DNA from: a virus
Lineage: Duplodnaviria; Caudoviricetes
Length of the DNA stretch: 56,618 nucleotides
Strand: one strand, 5' to 3'
IMG/VR virus record: IMGVR_UViG_3300043353_000072
Coordinates: 1 to 56,618 of that record
Below are positions 9,044 to 18,373 of this stretch, piece by piece. A program made the position numbers and the translations under genes. The notes under the pieces were generated by a model. The model ran no database searches, had not been told where the DNA came from, and was given only the letters and a program-made list of their open reading frames with translations. Position 1 is the stretch's first letter; every line of letters starts with the position of its first letter.

Positions 9044-9654
9044 CAGGCGGCGGGGTGGGCTTCGGCTCCGTTCACGCCGCCGCGTCGTCCACGTCCACGC
9101 CCGCCGCGCGAGCGCCCGACCGGGCTGGTTTCATCCGGTCCCATTTCCCCGGCGATGGCGGCCTGCCCGGCGTGCCATCGCTTGCACCAGATTTGATTGA
9201 GCGGGGAGCCCGCGACATGCGGGCAGTTGTCGATGGGCACGCCGCCCTTGCCGGCCGCGTAGCCGGCCTCGCCCGCTTCCCATTCCCGTTGCTCGATGGC
9301 GGCGGAATCTTTAACATCCGTATCGACGCCGGCATCCCCGAACATGTCGGTCTGCGTCGCGTAGGCGGCGCCCGTGATTGTCCCGTAACGAAACACGTCC
9401 CGGTAGTGCCGCGTGACTTCGTCTTGGTCGAGCGCGTGATTGGAAATGACCTCGGACATTGCCTTGACGTTGACGCCCTCGGATTTGGCGCGTTTGACCA
9501 CGGCGCGGTGGCGGCCTTGCGCCTCCGCTATCTCGCGCCGGGCGCCGGCCAGTTCCCGTCGAAACGACAGGATAACCTCCGGTGGCACGTTCGACGGGTT
9601 TTCGCCTTTGCTCCCGCTGTCGCGGGTGGACCTGGATGTTGATGCACGCGCCAC
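9043..9654 (-). CDS. GapR/DUF2312-like N-terminus fused to an RMF-like C-terminal domain
   Basis: KRAKSEGVNVKAM helix; AGYAAGKGG...CPH...W...W..G; GTG start with GGGGAG RBS. Confidence 0.5.
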   Translation of the reverse strand: MARASTSRSTRDSGSKGENPSNVPPEVILSFRRELAGARREIAEAQGRHRAVVKRAKSEGVNVKAMSEVISNHALDQDEVTRHYRDVFRYGTITGAAYATQTDMFGDAGVDTDVKDSAAIEQREWEAGEAGYAAGKGGVPIDNCPHVAGSPLNQIWCKRWHAGQAAIAGEMGPDETSPVGRSRGGRGRGRRGGVNGAEAHPAA

Positions 9655-9936
9655 GTTCGATGCTCCCCTGGTTGCTCGCGTGGCGCCCGCTCGATCAGGA
9701 ATCCCGGAAATCAACGTGCGTCGGCTATGAGAAGGGGACCGCGAATGGACGTCACATCGGAACAGGGGGCTGATCCAGCCGTCAAAGTATCGCGCCCGTC
9801 AAGGCCGGCGCACGGGGGGACCTGTCCGGCTGTCAGCCGGAAGCCTGTCACGGGAGGGTCATTGATAAGAGAAACCGCAGTCCGAGACACAGAAAATGAT
9901 ATTGATCTGACGTTCACGACCGACAGCGGGGAGCGG

Positions 9937-10656
9937 ATGGCGGTGCAGGCCAAGCGGTTCCGAACGAAACTAACCGTCCGGCGCACCACGCCGCGCGCCG
10001 ACGCGGATAACCTGGCGCGGACATTCGCCACGCCGGGGGAACGGTTGCGCGCGGTGCGCCTGTTGCGCGGTCTGTTCACCGCGGCCGATGCCGCCCACGC
10101 GCTAAAGGTCCCGGCCGTCACATACCGCGCTCATGAGCGAGGCATCCGAACGCTGGAACCAGAAGTCGCCAGACGGTACGCCAAATTTCTCGATGTGAAC
10201 CCGGATGTAATCCTTTATGGCGATGACGCGGTGGTGTTCCCCGACGCGGTGGGCCGGCGCGTTTTTTACAGCTTCGACGTGGCAGGCGTGGTCAACCGTT
10301 TCGGCCGCGTGGAAGCACTGACCGAAGGCGTGGTCGTGCCGGATGTGAAAGCGGAACGGTTCATGCCGGATGATCGGTTGAGCATGGTGCTGGTGGACGC
10401 GGACGAACTCGCGCCGGCGTATCGACGCGGTGACATGGTGTTCCACGATCCGCTGTTGCGCATTGCCGATCTGCCGGACCTTGACAGATGCGACGCGGTG
10501 GTCCGGGTGAACACGTCGCGCGTGTTCCTGGCGTTCATAACGCGGGCGAAACGCGACTGGATCGTGGAAGTGCCCGGCCAGTCCGAGCCGCGTACCCTGC
10601 CAATATTCGCGGCCGGCCGCGTGCGTTGGGTGCGCCGGGGGATAAGTCCCGGGTGA
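9937..10656 (+). CDS. CI-like repressor (XRE HTH plus degenerate S24-like C-terminus)
   Basis: GERLRAVRLLRGLFTAADAAHALKVPAVTYRAHERG; LAPAYRRGD; divergent from the replication operon. Start uncertain. Confidence 0.75.
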   Translation: MAVQAKRFRTKLTVRRTTPRADADNLARTFATPGERLRAVRLLRGLFTAADAAHALKVPAVTYRAHERGIRTLEPEVARRYAKFLDVNPDVILYGDDAVVFPDAVGRRVFYSFDVAGVVNRFGRVEALTEGVVVPDVKAERFMPDDRLSMVLVDADELAPAYRRGDMVFHDPLLRIADLPDLDRCDAVVRVNTSRVFLAFITRAKRDWIVEVPGQSEPRTLPIFAAGRVRWVRRGISPG

Positions 10657-10675
10657 CGGGTACGACACCGGAAAC

Positions 10676-10703
10676 TTGACGGCCGCGATACTGGCTGCAT
10701 GAT
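10676..10703 (+). promoter_or_regulatory. sigma70-like promoter for the recombination operon
   Basis: TTGACG-16-CATGAT. Confidence 0.45.
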
Positions 10704-10795
10704 GACCGTTCACCCGGGGGATAACCCAGTGGGGGAGTCATCATGGCGAGGCATCATGTCCGGCCGCATGCTTTCCTGATTCACACCGCGCCAGC

Positions 10796-11140
10796 ATGAC
10801 GTGGGACCCAGACACGCCAGCCCGGCGCGTGGACCGGCCCGAGCCCGGACTGTATCGGATGCGCCTCGTGCGCCGCGGCCCCTGGACCGCCTGCCGCATC
10901 GACCATGAGGCTGGACTCTGGCGGGCCTTCTTCAATGACATCCCGCAGGGACCGCCGGCGGCGGAGCCCGAGCACGCCTGCAATGTGTTCCATATCTGGA
11001 CGTGGGGGGAGCGGATCGACGCGGGCGAATACGCGCACCTGATCCGGCTGCACCTCTGGGCCATCCACCATGCGCCGGCGCACCCGGCCGCGCGGCCCTC
11101 GGTGGCCTACGACCCGCGCACCGCCGCGCCGGTGTTTTGA
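10796..11140 (+). CDS. hypothetical phage protein
   Basis: Trp-rich ORF, TGATG-coupled to the next gene. Confidence 0.7.
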   Translation: MTWDPDTPARRVDRPEPGLYRMRLVRRGPWTACRIDHEAGLWRAFFNDIPQGPPAAEPEHACNVFHIWTWGERIDAGEYAHLIRLHLWAIHHAPAHPAARPSVAYDPRTAAPVF

Positions 11141-11442
11141 TGCGCGTGGTGCTCGAATCGTCGGACGAAACCGTGACGGCCCAGGGCCACGCGGTCCGCG
11201 TCTGGCGTGGCTACAGCCAGGGAGGGGTCCAGGTGCGCGCGTTCATTCTCGGCGTGGTGCTGGAAGCGGACCGGGACCCGAAACTCAGGGCCAGTGACCT
11301 CGCGGAACTGTCCCGGCTGAACGGTTTTCCGATGGAGGAAACGGACCATGAGCGACACGATGGAGAAGGAGTCCCCGGCGGGCCTGGGCCACAACCTGCC
11401 GCCCCAGCCCCTCGACGCCGCCGAGGTGCCGGACTGGCTTGA
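11140..11442 (+). CDS. hypothetical protein (similar to 26251..26532)
   Basis: MRVVLESSD...AVRVWRG...G..V.AFI. Confidence 0.55.
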   Translation: MRVVLESSDETVTAQGHAVRVWRGYSQGGVQVRAFILGVVLEADRDPKLRASDLAELSRLNGFPMEETDHERHDGEGVPGGPGPQPAAPAPRRRRGAGLA

Positions 11443-12106
11443 GATCCAGTTCACCGACCTGCGGACCCGCCGGGATGCCCTGGTGGCGGCCGTCGCCCGG
11501 TTCCGGACGAACCACGTCACGATTGACGACGACGAAACGCAGGGCCAGGCGGCGGAATTCATGCGCCAGTTGCGCGGGTTCCTGACCACCTGCGAGGGCC
11601 ACCGCGCCACCGTGGGCGCGCCATACCTGGATTGCACCGCCGCGCTCAATCGGTACTTCGCCGGGCTGACCACGCAGGTGGACGCCGGCCGGGTGCTGGT
11701 GAACAAAACGATGAAAGTCTACGCCGACGCCAAGAAGGCGCGGGTGAAAGCGCAACGGGACGCCCTGGCCCAGCAGCGCCGGGCGGCGGCCGACGCGGCG
11801 GAGCGGCGGGCCATGACGACCCAGGCGGAGCCCGACTGGAACCGCGCGGTGGAGACGGCGAAGGTCGCGGAGAAGGCGGACAAGGCCGCCGGCGCCGGCG
11901 TGGCTGATCTTTCCCGGGTGCGCGGCGAGCAGGGCGCCGTCGCCAGCCTCGCGGAGCACTGGACGTATGAGGAAGAAGACCTGTCGCTGGTGCCCAGGGA
12001 GTTCATGGTCATCGACCCGGCCCTGGTGCGCGCCGCCATCGCCGCCGGCGTGCGCGAAATCGCAGGCCTGCGCATCTTCAACGAGACGCGGATGGTGGCA
12101 CGATGA
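11348..12106 (+). CDS. Gam/Gp157-like coiled-coil recombination-module protein
   Basis: GHNLPP, long coiled coil, C-terminal VRAAIAAGVREIAGLRIF. Confidence 0.55.
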   Translation: MSDTMEKESPAGLGHNLPPQPLDAAEVPDWLEIQFTDLRTRRDALVAAVARFRTNHVTIDDDETQGQAAEFMRQLRGFLTTCEGHRATVGAPYLDCTAALNRYFAGLTTQVDAGRVLVNKTMKVYADAKKARVKAQRDALAQQRRAAADAAERRAMTTQAEPDWNRAVETAKVAEKADKAAGAGVADLSRVRGEQGAVASLAEHWTYEEEDLSLVPREFMVIDPALVRAAIAAGVREIAGLRIFNETRMVAR

Positions 12107-14004
12107 ACGTCCCCGTCCCCATGCCCACGCGGGCGGGCTCCCGCATGCTGGAAGCGGTGCCCATGGCATCCTTCGATCCGGACGTCTGGCACGTCATGGA
12201 AAAGCGCGACAACGCGCTGATCGAGGATGAGCTGCTGCACGGGTCCGTCACCCGGAAATTCGTCTACAGCTTTGACATAGGCGGCACGGTGGTGTCCGGC
12301 ATTTCCGTCATCGGCGCCCGCCACCTGGCGCACCACTACGGCGGGTTGAAGCATCGAATCGTCGCCTCCGTGCGGAAAATCGGCAAGCTGTTCACGTTCA
12401 CCAGCTATCCCAGCCCGGGCATGCCGATGTCGGTCCAGGTCAGTGCCCTGCCGGAACTTGAGGAAGAACCGGACAGCTACAGCGCCATCATCGAGATCGG
12501 GGACATCAAGACCGGGAACGCGGTGCAGATGGAGAGCCAGGAGGCCCGTTGGGAACGGCGTCGCGACGGGTCGCTGTTCGAGCGCCCGCAATACGCCAAG
12601 ATCGCCCAGGCCAAGGCCTACCGGAACGCGGTGCTCGCGCTGATCCCGCAGGACGTGCAACTCGTGTGGAAAGCCCGCGCCCTGGAAGCCGGCGAGCGGG
12701 ACGTCATCACCCAGGACGTCATTGGGGAGAAGCGCGCCGGCGTGCTCCAGTACGCCACCCGGGCCGGCATCGCCGTCGACCGGCAGGCCATCGCGGCAAT
12801 CGGCTGGGATCAGATTTCCGGCCTGTCCGACGCCGCCCGGGACAGCCGGGAGGCCTTCACGGCCGCGCTGTACGCGCTGAACCTCGCGCCCGGGCAGGTG
12901 GCCGAGCGGGTGGAGGCGCCGGCCGCGCGCCGGTCCGCGCCACCGCCGGCGGGACAGCCCCAGGGACAGCAGCAGCAGCGCCCCAGGCAGCCCGAGCCGG
13001 CCCAGGGGGGACAGGCGGGTGGACAGCCCGCCGGCCAGCAGCCGGCCGGCCAGCAGCAGCCCGGGACACAACAGCCCGGGACACAACAGCAGACCACGCA
13101 ACAGCCGAGGCAACAGCAGGCGCCGGCCGCCACCAGAGTCCAAACGGGATTCGCCATGCCCCTGGTGGACGAGGTGGGCGAGTTCGACCCGCGCGGGGAT
13201 TTCACCGACCCGGGCTTGTGGGCGGAGGCGTTCCTGGCCATCGCGGATCGGTGCTTTCCGCCGGACCTGGCGACGCTGCGGGAGAACAATGAGAAGGCCC
13301 TGGTGCTGGCGGCCGGCTATCCGAATGTCGGGGACCTGCTACGCGGCCACCTGCCGGCCAATCCTCGCATGTCGCCCGTGCCGCTGGACCGGAACAAAGA
13401 CGGGGTGCCGCAACTGACGCGCTATGTGAACATGGTCCGGGTGGACCTCGCCCAGATGACGGCGGAGCGCATGGCGGAGTTCGCCGCGGTCAACCGGCCG
13501 GTGTGGGCAGGCCTGCCCTCCGACACCCGGACCGAATGCGAGCGCGCGGTGGCGCAGCGGTGCTCCGTCCTGGGCATCGTGGTTCCCTCGACCGACCCGG
13601 CGGTCGCCGCGGCCATGGCCCAGCCGGAGGCCGGCCAGGGCGTGTTCGTTTCTCCGACCTCGGATGAGGTGGCGAAAGTGGACACGCCGGCCCAGGTGGC
13701 GGAGCCCGCCGCCCAGGTCCCCGAGGCCGCCCAGCAGGCGGAGCCCGCCCAGGTGGGCGGCCCGACGCCGCCGCCAGCCCAGCCCGAGCCGCCGGCGGGA
13801 CAGCAGGCGCCGGACCGCGACGCTGAAATGGTTGAACTGATGATAATCGACATCGAGGCGCAGCCCTCGAAGGATGACCTGGAACAGCACATCGCGCAGA
13901 GCGGATGGCAGGGCACGGCGATCCGGCTGGCGAAGGAACGGCCGGACCTGCACGAGCGGTTGCTGCGCACGCTGGCGGCCATGCGCATGGGCTTCTCGCA
14001 ATGA
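12103..14004 (+). CDS. putative single-strand annealing/recombination protein with Q/P-rich linkers
   Basis: N-terminal globular domain ending IAQAKAYRNAV; poly-Q/P linkers; recombination context. Confidence 0.45.
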   Translation: MNVPVPMPTRAGSRMLEAVPMASFDPDVWHVMEKRDNALIEDELLHGSVTRKFVYSFDIGGTVVSGISVIGARHLAHHYGGLKHRIVASVRKIGKLFTFTSYPSPGMPMSVQVSALPELEEEPDSYSAIIEIGDIKTGNAVQMESQEARWERRRDGSLFERPQYAKIAQAKAYRNAVLALIPQDVQLVWKARALEAGERDVITQDVIGEKRAGVLQYATRAGIAVDRQAIAAIGWDQISGLSDAARDSREAFTAALYALNLAPGQVAERVEAPAARRSAPPPAGQPQGQQQQRPRQPEPAQGGQAGGQPAGQQPAGQQQPGTQQPGTQQQTTQQPRQQQAPAATRVQTGFAMPLVDEVGEFDPRGDFTDPGLWAEAFLAIADRCFPPDLATLRENNEKALVLAAGYPNVGDLLRGHLPANPRMSPVPLDRNKDGVPQLTRYVNMVRVDLAQMTAERMAEFAAVNRPVWAGLPSDTRTECERAVAQRCSVLGIVVPSTDPAVAAAMAQPEAGQGVFVSPTSDEVAKVDTPAQVAEPAAQVPEAAQQAEPAQVGGPTPPPAQPEPPAGQQAPDRDAEMVELMIIDIEAQPSKDDLEQHIAQSGWQGTAIRLAKERPDLHERLLRTLAAMRMGFSQ

Positions 14005-14258
14005 GTGACTTCAACGCCCTGGCGCGTGGCGCGGACGTGCCGATACGGGACCAGATCGCTGAACTGGTGGAGGAACAGGAATGGCGCCGCGGTCGCTACC
14101 GGGACCTCGTCCGGTCCGGCCGCATGCGCCAGGAGAACGCCACCATGCGACTGGCCCGCATCGGCGCCGCCATCGAGACATTGCGCCAGGTCCAGCGGAC
14201 CATCGAGACATTGCGCCAGGTGCAGCGGATCGCCGGCGATGCGCCGCGTGCTCGATAA
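14001..14258 (+). CDS. hypothetical protein
   Basis: ATGA overlap; contains duplicated IETLRQVQR. Confidence 0.65.
   Translation: MSDFNALARGADVPIRDQIAELVEEQEWRRGRYRDLVRSGRMRQENATMRLARIGAAIETLRQVQRTIETLRQVQRIAGDAPRAR
14170..14229. repeat. 30-bp tandem duplication
   Basis: ccatcgagacattgcgccaggt(c/g)cagcgga x2. Confidence 0.9.
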
Positions 14259-14748
14259 TCCCGCGATACCGATGGACCTGCCGGAAGCGGCGCGCGATGC
14301 TGCGACGTTGATGGTCCTGCCACCGCAATCGCGCATTCAGCGGCGCGGACACTATGGACGTCCGGGCGACGGCCCCAAAGGCGAGACGTGTGGAACCTGT
14401 GTGCATTACGTTTCGATTCAGGGCGGAGTTAAGAAGCATCCTAAGTGCTGGTTGAGGCGTAAGACGTGGACGGGCGGACCGGGAAGCGACATCAGAAAAC
14501 GGGACCCGTCGTGTGCATCATGGGAGGGAAGCATGGAAGCGATCGTCAAGGTGCAACTGGCCCAGGTGCCCCCGGAGGCGCCGGCCCTCATTTACGACCA
14601 GGAACGCCAGCACATGGAGTATCGTCGCCTCGCCAAGCGGGACGTCGCCGTGATGCGCGGCGCCCAGAAGGTGTTTCGGCAGGCGGAATGGAACGGCCGC
14701 GCGCAGAAGTGGACCCTGGGCGCGGTGGTCGATCAACAGACGTGGTGA
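14239..14748 (+). CDS. hypothetical protein, Cys-rich N-half (possibly two fused genes)
   Basis: CGTC...KC...C; internal GGAGGGA-ATG at 14533. Confidence 0.55.
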   Translation: MRRVLDNPAIPMDLPEAARDAATLMVLPPQSRIQRRGHYGRPGDGPKGETCGTCVHYVSIQGGVKKHPKCWLRRKTWTGGPGSDIRKRDPSCASWEGSMEAIVKVQLAQVPPEAPALIYDQERQHMEYRRLAKRDVAVMRGAQKVFRQAEWNGRAQKWTLGAVVDQQTW

Positions 14749-14757
14749 ATCTCGGGA

Positions 14758-14960
14758 TGCTGACAGCACCTCCCACCGTCTCAGGTGCGCAGTTCAGCAC
14801 GCGGCAGGTCGGAAGGCCTGCCGCATTAAAGCGGGTTCGGACGGCGCCGGCGATGGCAAGTAAAGCCGCTGGCGCCGCCGGCCCGGCCGGACAGTAGAGG
14901 CAAGCATACGCTCCGCGTGGAGCGTTCGGCGCCGATGCTCCACTGGCCGGTATTTGCTTT
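14758..14960 (+). ncRNA. candidate multi-hairpin structured RNA
   Basis: Four consecutive stems, including GCGGCAGGTC-GGAA-GGCCTGCCGC, followed by a U-rich tail. Confidence 0.5.
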
Positions 14961-14989
14961 GACTTTCAAAAAATGCCGCAGAAGGTGAT

Positions 14990-15301
14990 TTATGTTAATT
15001 CGCGGCCGTCCGGGGTCATGGGCGGGTACTCCGGCCGGCCGGCCATCGGGACCTCGGCCGCCGCCTCCAAGGCCAGCAAATTCGCCGGGGTCAGCTTCAA
15101 CGCCACCCAGTCAGCGGGCGGCTGGGTGGCCCAGCCCTCGTCAACCCCGGTCACGAAGCCGCGGGCGATCAGCCGCCGCGCCGCCTTCGCCCAGCGTGGC
15201 GCGGGAAGATAGGCCCGGCCCTGTTGCGCCGCCGCCGCGGTGTCCTGGATCAGCCGCAGTTCCGTGATCGACAGGTCAAGGATGCACAGATGGAACCTCA
15301 T
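14990..15301 (-). CDS. hypothetical protein
   Basis: Last gene of the leftward early block. Confidence 0.55.
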   Translation of the reverse strand: MRFHLCILDLSITELRLIQDTAAAAQQGRAYLPAPRWAKAARRLIARGFVTGVDEGWATQPPADWVALKLTPANLLALEAAAEVPMAGRPEYPPMTPDGRELT

Positions 15302-15304
15302 GGC

Positions 15305-15562
15305 TCACTCCCGGGTCGGCGGCACGTAGGACGCCGGCGGCCGGTCCGGTTCCACCCCCGACTCCCGCGCCGCCACGTCATGCGCGAAACACATGAGCCG
15401 CGCGGTATCTTCCTCCGTCACCATGACGACCCGCGTCAGGTTTGGCAGTTCCCGGATGACGGCCGCGCGCACGGCGGCGGCGTTGCCGGCGGTGCTGACA
15501 TCATGGCGGATCAGCACCAGGTCGTCGGTCTCGATCAGCACCATCACGGCGATGGATGCCAT
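15305..15562 (-). CDS. hypothetical protein
   Basis: Strong GAGGGGAGG RBS. Confidence 0.65.
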   Translation of the reverse strand: MASIAVMVLIETDDLVLIRHDVSTAGNAAAVRAAVIRELPNLTRVVMVTEEDTARLMCFAHDVAARESGVEPDRPPASYVPPTRE

Positions 15563-15574
15563 GGTCCCCTCCCC

Positions 15575-15733
15575 TCACAGATACCCGGCCACCAGCAGGA
15601 TCAGCAGCACCAGCAGCGCGAGGCCCAGCCCGCCGGACGGGTAATAACCCCAGCCGGTGGAGTAGGGCCAGGCGGGCAGCGCCGCCACCACGACCAGGAT
15701 CAGCAAGAGCAGCAGCGCGAATCGTTGGGTCAT
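15575..15733 (-). CDS. DUF3309-family small membrane protein
   Basis: ALPAWPYSTGWGYYPSGGLGL signature. Confidence 0.85.
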   Translation of the reverse strand: MTQRFALLLLLILVVVAALPAWPYSTGWGYYPSGGLGLALLVLLILLVAGYL

Positions 15734-15747
15734 CGACGCGTCTCCTT

Positions 15748-16071
15748 TCAGTTGGGTCGGGACGTCTTGTGGATGTCGCCCCATAGCAGGTTCATCGCGA
15801 GGTTGCCGGCCTGCAGTCGCGCCAGTTCCGGCGCCGCCTCCGCCATGGTGGCGAATCGGGTGCGCCGCACCTCGTAGCGCCAGGTGGCGCGGTTGGCGTT
15901 ACAGATGGCGCACCACGGGTTGATGGCGCCCGACGCCAGCATGCCCACGACGTCCCGGCGCAACGGCTGGCGGACCTCCCGCTCCGCCTCCGCCTCGGTT
16001 TCCACCTCGCCAGTCGCGGCCACGATGCAATGGCGGGACGGGCACAGGCACTGAGCGATCCAGAGGGCCAT
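15748..16071 (-). CDS. Cys-containing hypothetical protein
   Basis: CLCPSRHC...NPWCAIC. Confidence 0.65.
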   Translation of the reverse strand: MALWIAQCLCPSRHCIVAATGEVETEAEAEREVRQPLRRDVVGMLASGAINPWCAICNANRATWRYEVRRTRFATMAEAAPELARLQAGNLAMNLLWGDIHKTSRPN

Positions 16072-16539
16072 GGTCAGTGTCCTATCTTCTCGCGGTCAAT
16101 GACGTTGCGCGGTCCGCCGCCGGCCTCCGCCTCCCAGCGCGCCGCCTGCTCGTCCATGCGTCGGGCGGCCTCCGCGCGGGTGATGAATGTGCCGGTGCCA
16201 GCCGCGGCCATTGGCACGGGCGGCCAGTCCATGGCGGCCTCGGCCCGCAGGTCCCGGGCCAGTTCGCGGCAGGTGCGGCCCATCTGGGCGGGGTTGAGCG
16301 GGTACTTGGTCCGCTGGGCGCCACGGGAAGAGTCCCGGCCCGGGCTCACAGGTCCAGGCTCCGGGCCGCCTCGCGCCGCAGCCGGTCCCGGCAGTCCGGG
16401 CATACGGTGGCGCCGTGGGAACTGAACCAGTGCTCGCACGCCCGGCAGTAGCGTTTCTCGGTGCCGGGCGGCGACCACCAGTTGGGCATGCGTTTGGGAT
16501 CGTCAGGCGGGTCAACATCATGGCGTCGACCCTGGCGGG

Positions 16540-16788
16540 TCATCCGGGCCGGGTGCCCCGTTCACGGTCCCGCTCCGCCAGCGCGCGTTCGTTCCAGCCC
16601 AAGGTCCAGGACAGCCGGGCGGCCGTGAACGTCAGCCCCTCCCCGTGCGGGTCCTGGTGCGGGTTCTGGTGGAAGCCGAGGCCCTCCCGGTGCGCCAGGA
16701 TGCCGTCCGCGAAGGCGTCCAGGTCCAGGTCCCGGAGGGTGGCGCCGCCCCGCAGCAGGCGCTCATAGCGCGGGTCGGCGGTGCTCAT
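16540..16788 (-). CDS. RMF/CrpP-fold-like small protein
   Basis: AFADG..A...G.....NPH......W..GW pattern. Confidence 0.45.
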   Translation of the reverse strand: MSTADPRYERLLRGGATLRDLDLDAFADGILAHREGLGFHQNPHQDPHGEGLTFTAARLSWTLGWNERALAERDRERGTRPG

Positions 16789-16912
16789 ATCAGGCCCAGC
16801 TTGTGCAGCAGCGCGGCGACGATGAACATCCCGATCAGCAGCAGCGGACCGCCCGGCCTGGGCCGGCGGCGCCGGTTGACCACCCGGTAGATCATCATCC
16901 GTCCGAAGGCGT

Positions 16913-17230
16913 TCATGCCACGGGCTCCGGGACGCGGGCCCGAACCCGCCTGGGCGCGGGCTCCGGTTCTGGCTCCGGTCGGAACCGCGCGTCCCCGGGA
17001 CCCATCACGCCGGTTTCGTGCATGAGGTTCAGCATGCGTTCCAGCCAGAACGGCGCCGGGCTGGTGCCGTTGAGCCAGTGCCGCATGGTCCGCTCGGGCA
17101 CGCCCACCCAGGTGGCGAACGTCGCCTGGGTGAAGGCCAGCGCCACCAGGGCGTCCCGCATGTCCGCGTTGCTCATGAAGCGCCGAGGGGCGCGGACTCC
17201 CGTCCGCGCCTTGGTTGGTTGTTTCGTCAT
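16913..17230 (-). CDS. XRE-like HTH protein
   Basis: FTQATFATWVGVPERTMRHWLNG. Confidence 0.75.
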   Translation of the reverse strand: MTKQPTKARTGVRAPRRFMSNADMRDALVALAFTQATFATWVGVPERTMRHWLNGTSPAPFWLERMLNLMHETGVMGPGDARFRPEPEPEPAPRRVRARVPEPVA

Positions 17231-17472
17231 GGCCGCACGGACTCCGACAGGTCCAGCCGCCGCTCGATCCGGTCCAGCCGCGCCTCGATCCGATCCAGCC
17301 GCCGGGACTGGTTGGCGAAGTCACCGTGCAGGCCGGCGACCTGGGCTTCCAGGGAGGTCATGCGGGTTTTGAGGTCGGCCATGTCCTCCCGCAGCCGGTC
17401 CAGGCCGGTGTGGACCCGCGCGAACTGTTCGCGCAGGTAATCCAGCACCTCGGCGTTCGGGTTGTCGCTCAC
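17227..17472 (-). CDS. coiled-coil hypothetical protein
   Basis: Heptads RLDRIEARLDRIERRLDL; GTG start. Confidence 0.7.
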   Translation of the reverse strand: MSDNPNAEVLDYLREQFARVHTGLDRLREDMADLKTRMTSLEAQVAGLHGDFANQSRRLDRIEARLDRIERRLDLSESVRP

Positions 17473-17681
17473 TGGGCGGCCTCCCGCACCTGCTGGAACG
17501 TCCACACGCGGCCCGTGCCGCGGTCGTCCACCTTGTAGGCGGTGGTGGCGTCCAGGAAGCCCAGGACCGGGCTCGGGATCGACGTCAGGCCCAGCACCCG
17601 GATGCCGCGCCGGGTCAGCACCCGCATGGCGGTGTCGCCAAAGTGGCGGACCGCGATTTGTTGGGAAACGGAAGCACTCAT
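17469..17681 (-). CDS. hypothetical protein, first gene after cassette 1
   Basis: GGAG RBS immediately after the leader hairpin. Confidence 0.6.
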   Translation of the reverse strand: MSASVSQQIAVRHFGDTAMRVLTRRGIRVLGLTSIPSPVLGFLDATTAYKVDDRGTGRVWTFQQVREAAQ

Positions 17682-17699
17682 CGAAGGAAACTCCAACCG

Positions 17700-17759
17700 G
17701 CCCGGGCTGTATTGCCCGCGGCACGCCCTCTAATTAGGCCACCGTTGCCGCTCGGTCAA
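17700..17759 (-). promoter_or_regulatory. early promoter-hairpin cassette, copy 1
   Basis: TTGACC-17-TAATTA then GCCGCGGGCAATACAGCCCGGGC. Confidence 0.8.
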
Positions 17760-17776
17760 TCCATTTCCTGCTACTA

Positions 17777-17816
17777 TTCCATCACTCCATCAATCCATCA
17801 TTCCATCAAACTGTCA
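17777..17816. repeat. 8-bp period NTCCATCA array
   Basis: ttccatca ctccatca atccatca ttccatca aactgtca. Confidence 0.8.
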
Positions 17817-18098
17817 TTCATCCCTGGCCCGGTTGAGGATGCGGGACTGCCGGATGTCGTGCGTCATGACCCAGTATTTCCAGCCGTCCCCGAGGCGCAG
17901 ATAGCGGTAGGTGGTCCGCCCGTATGGCGCGTCATCGCCCCGCTCCCGGATGGCGGTGAACAGGGCCGCGTAGACGTTCTCGTTGTGCGGACCGCGCACG
18001 ATGTAAAAGTGCGGGTTCTCCGGCATGGTCTTGGCGAACACCCAGTTGAGCGGCTCAACGGCCAGCCGCAGTTCCTCGTTGGTCATCGGCATGGACAA
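17814..18098 (-). CDS. hypothetical protein
   Basis: WVFAKTMPENPHFY...YRYL...GWKYWVM. Confidence 0.7.
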   Translation of the reverse strand: MSMPMTNEELRLAVEPLNWVFAKTMPENPHFYIVRGPHNENVYAALFTAIRERGDDAPYGRTTYRYLRLGDGWKYWVMTHDIRQSRILNRARDE

Positions 18099-18163
18099 TC
18101 TCCTGAAAGCACGAGCGGCACGCCGGTATAGCGTGCCGTCCGCGTGGGGTCAGCGATTGCGGG

Positions 18164-18346
18164 TCAGTCGTGCTGGCGGACCTTTATGGTGTCCCCGATG
18201 GACAGGTGGCCGGCCTCGCGGATCATTTCCAGCGCGGCCTCCGTGATGCCGGCCTCCAGGTCATCGCCCTCGTGGCCGCGAACCAGCCGGTGGTCCAGTT
18301 CGCCGCCCTCGTTGCAGAAGGATACTCTCGCCCAGGTGGTGCTCAT
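18164..18346 (-). CDS. hypothetical protein
   Basis: GGAG RBS. Confidence 0.55.
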   Translation of the reverse strand: MSTTWARVSFCNEGGELDHRLVRGHEGDDLEAGITEAALEMIREAGHLSIGDTIKVRQHD

Positions 18347-18373
18347 GGTGGTGCTCCGTGTTGATGGTGGTGG

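Noticed and set aside
14758-14960. tRNA or tmRNA
   Set aside because: No T-loop/D-loop consensus in a cloverleaf context and no CCA end; no tRNA was recognised anywhere in the window.
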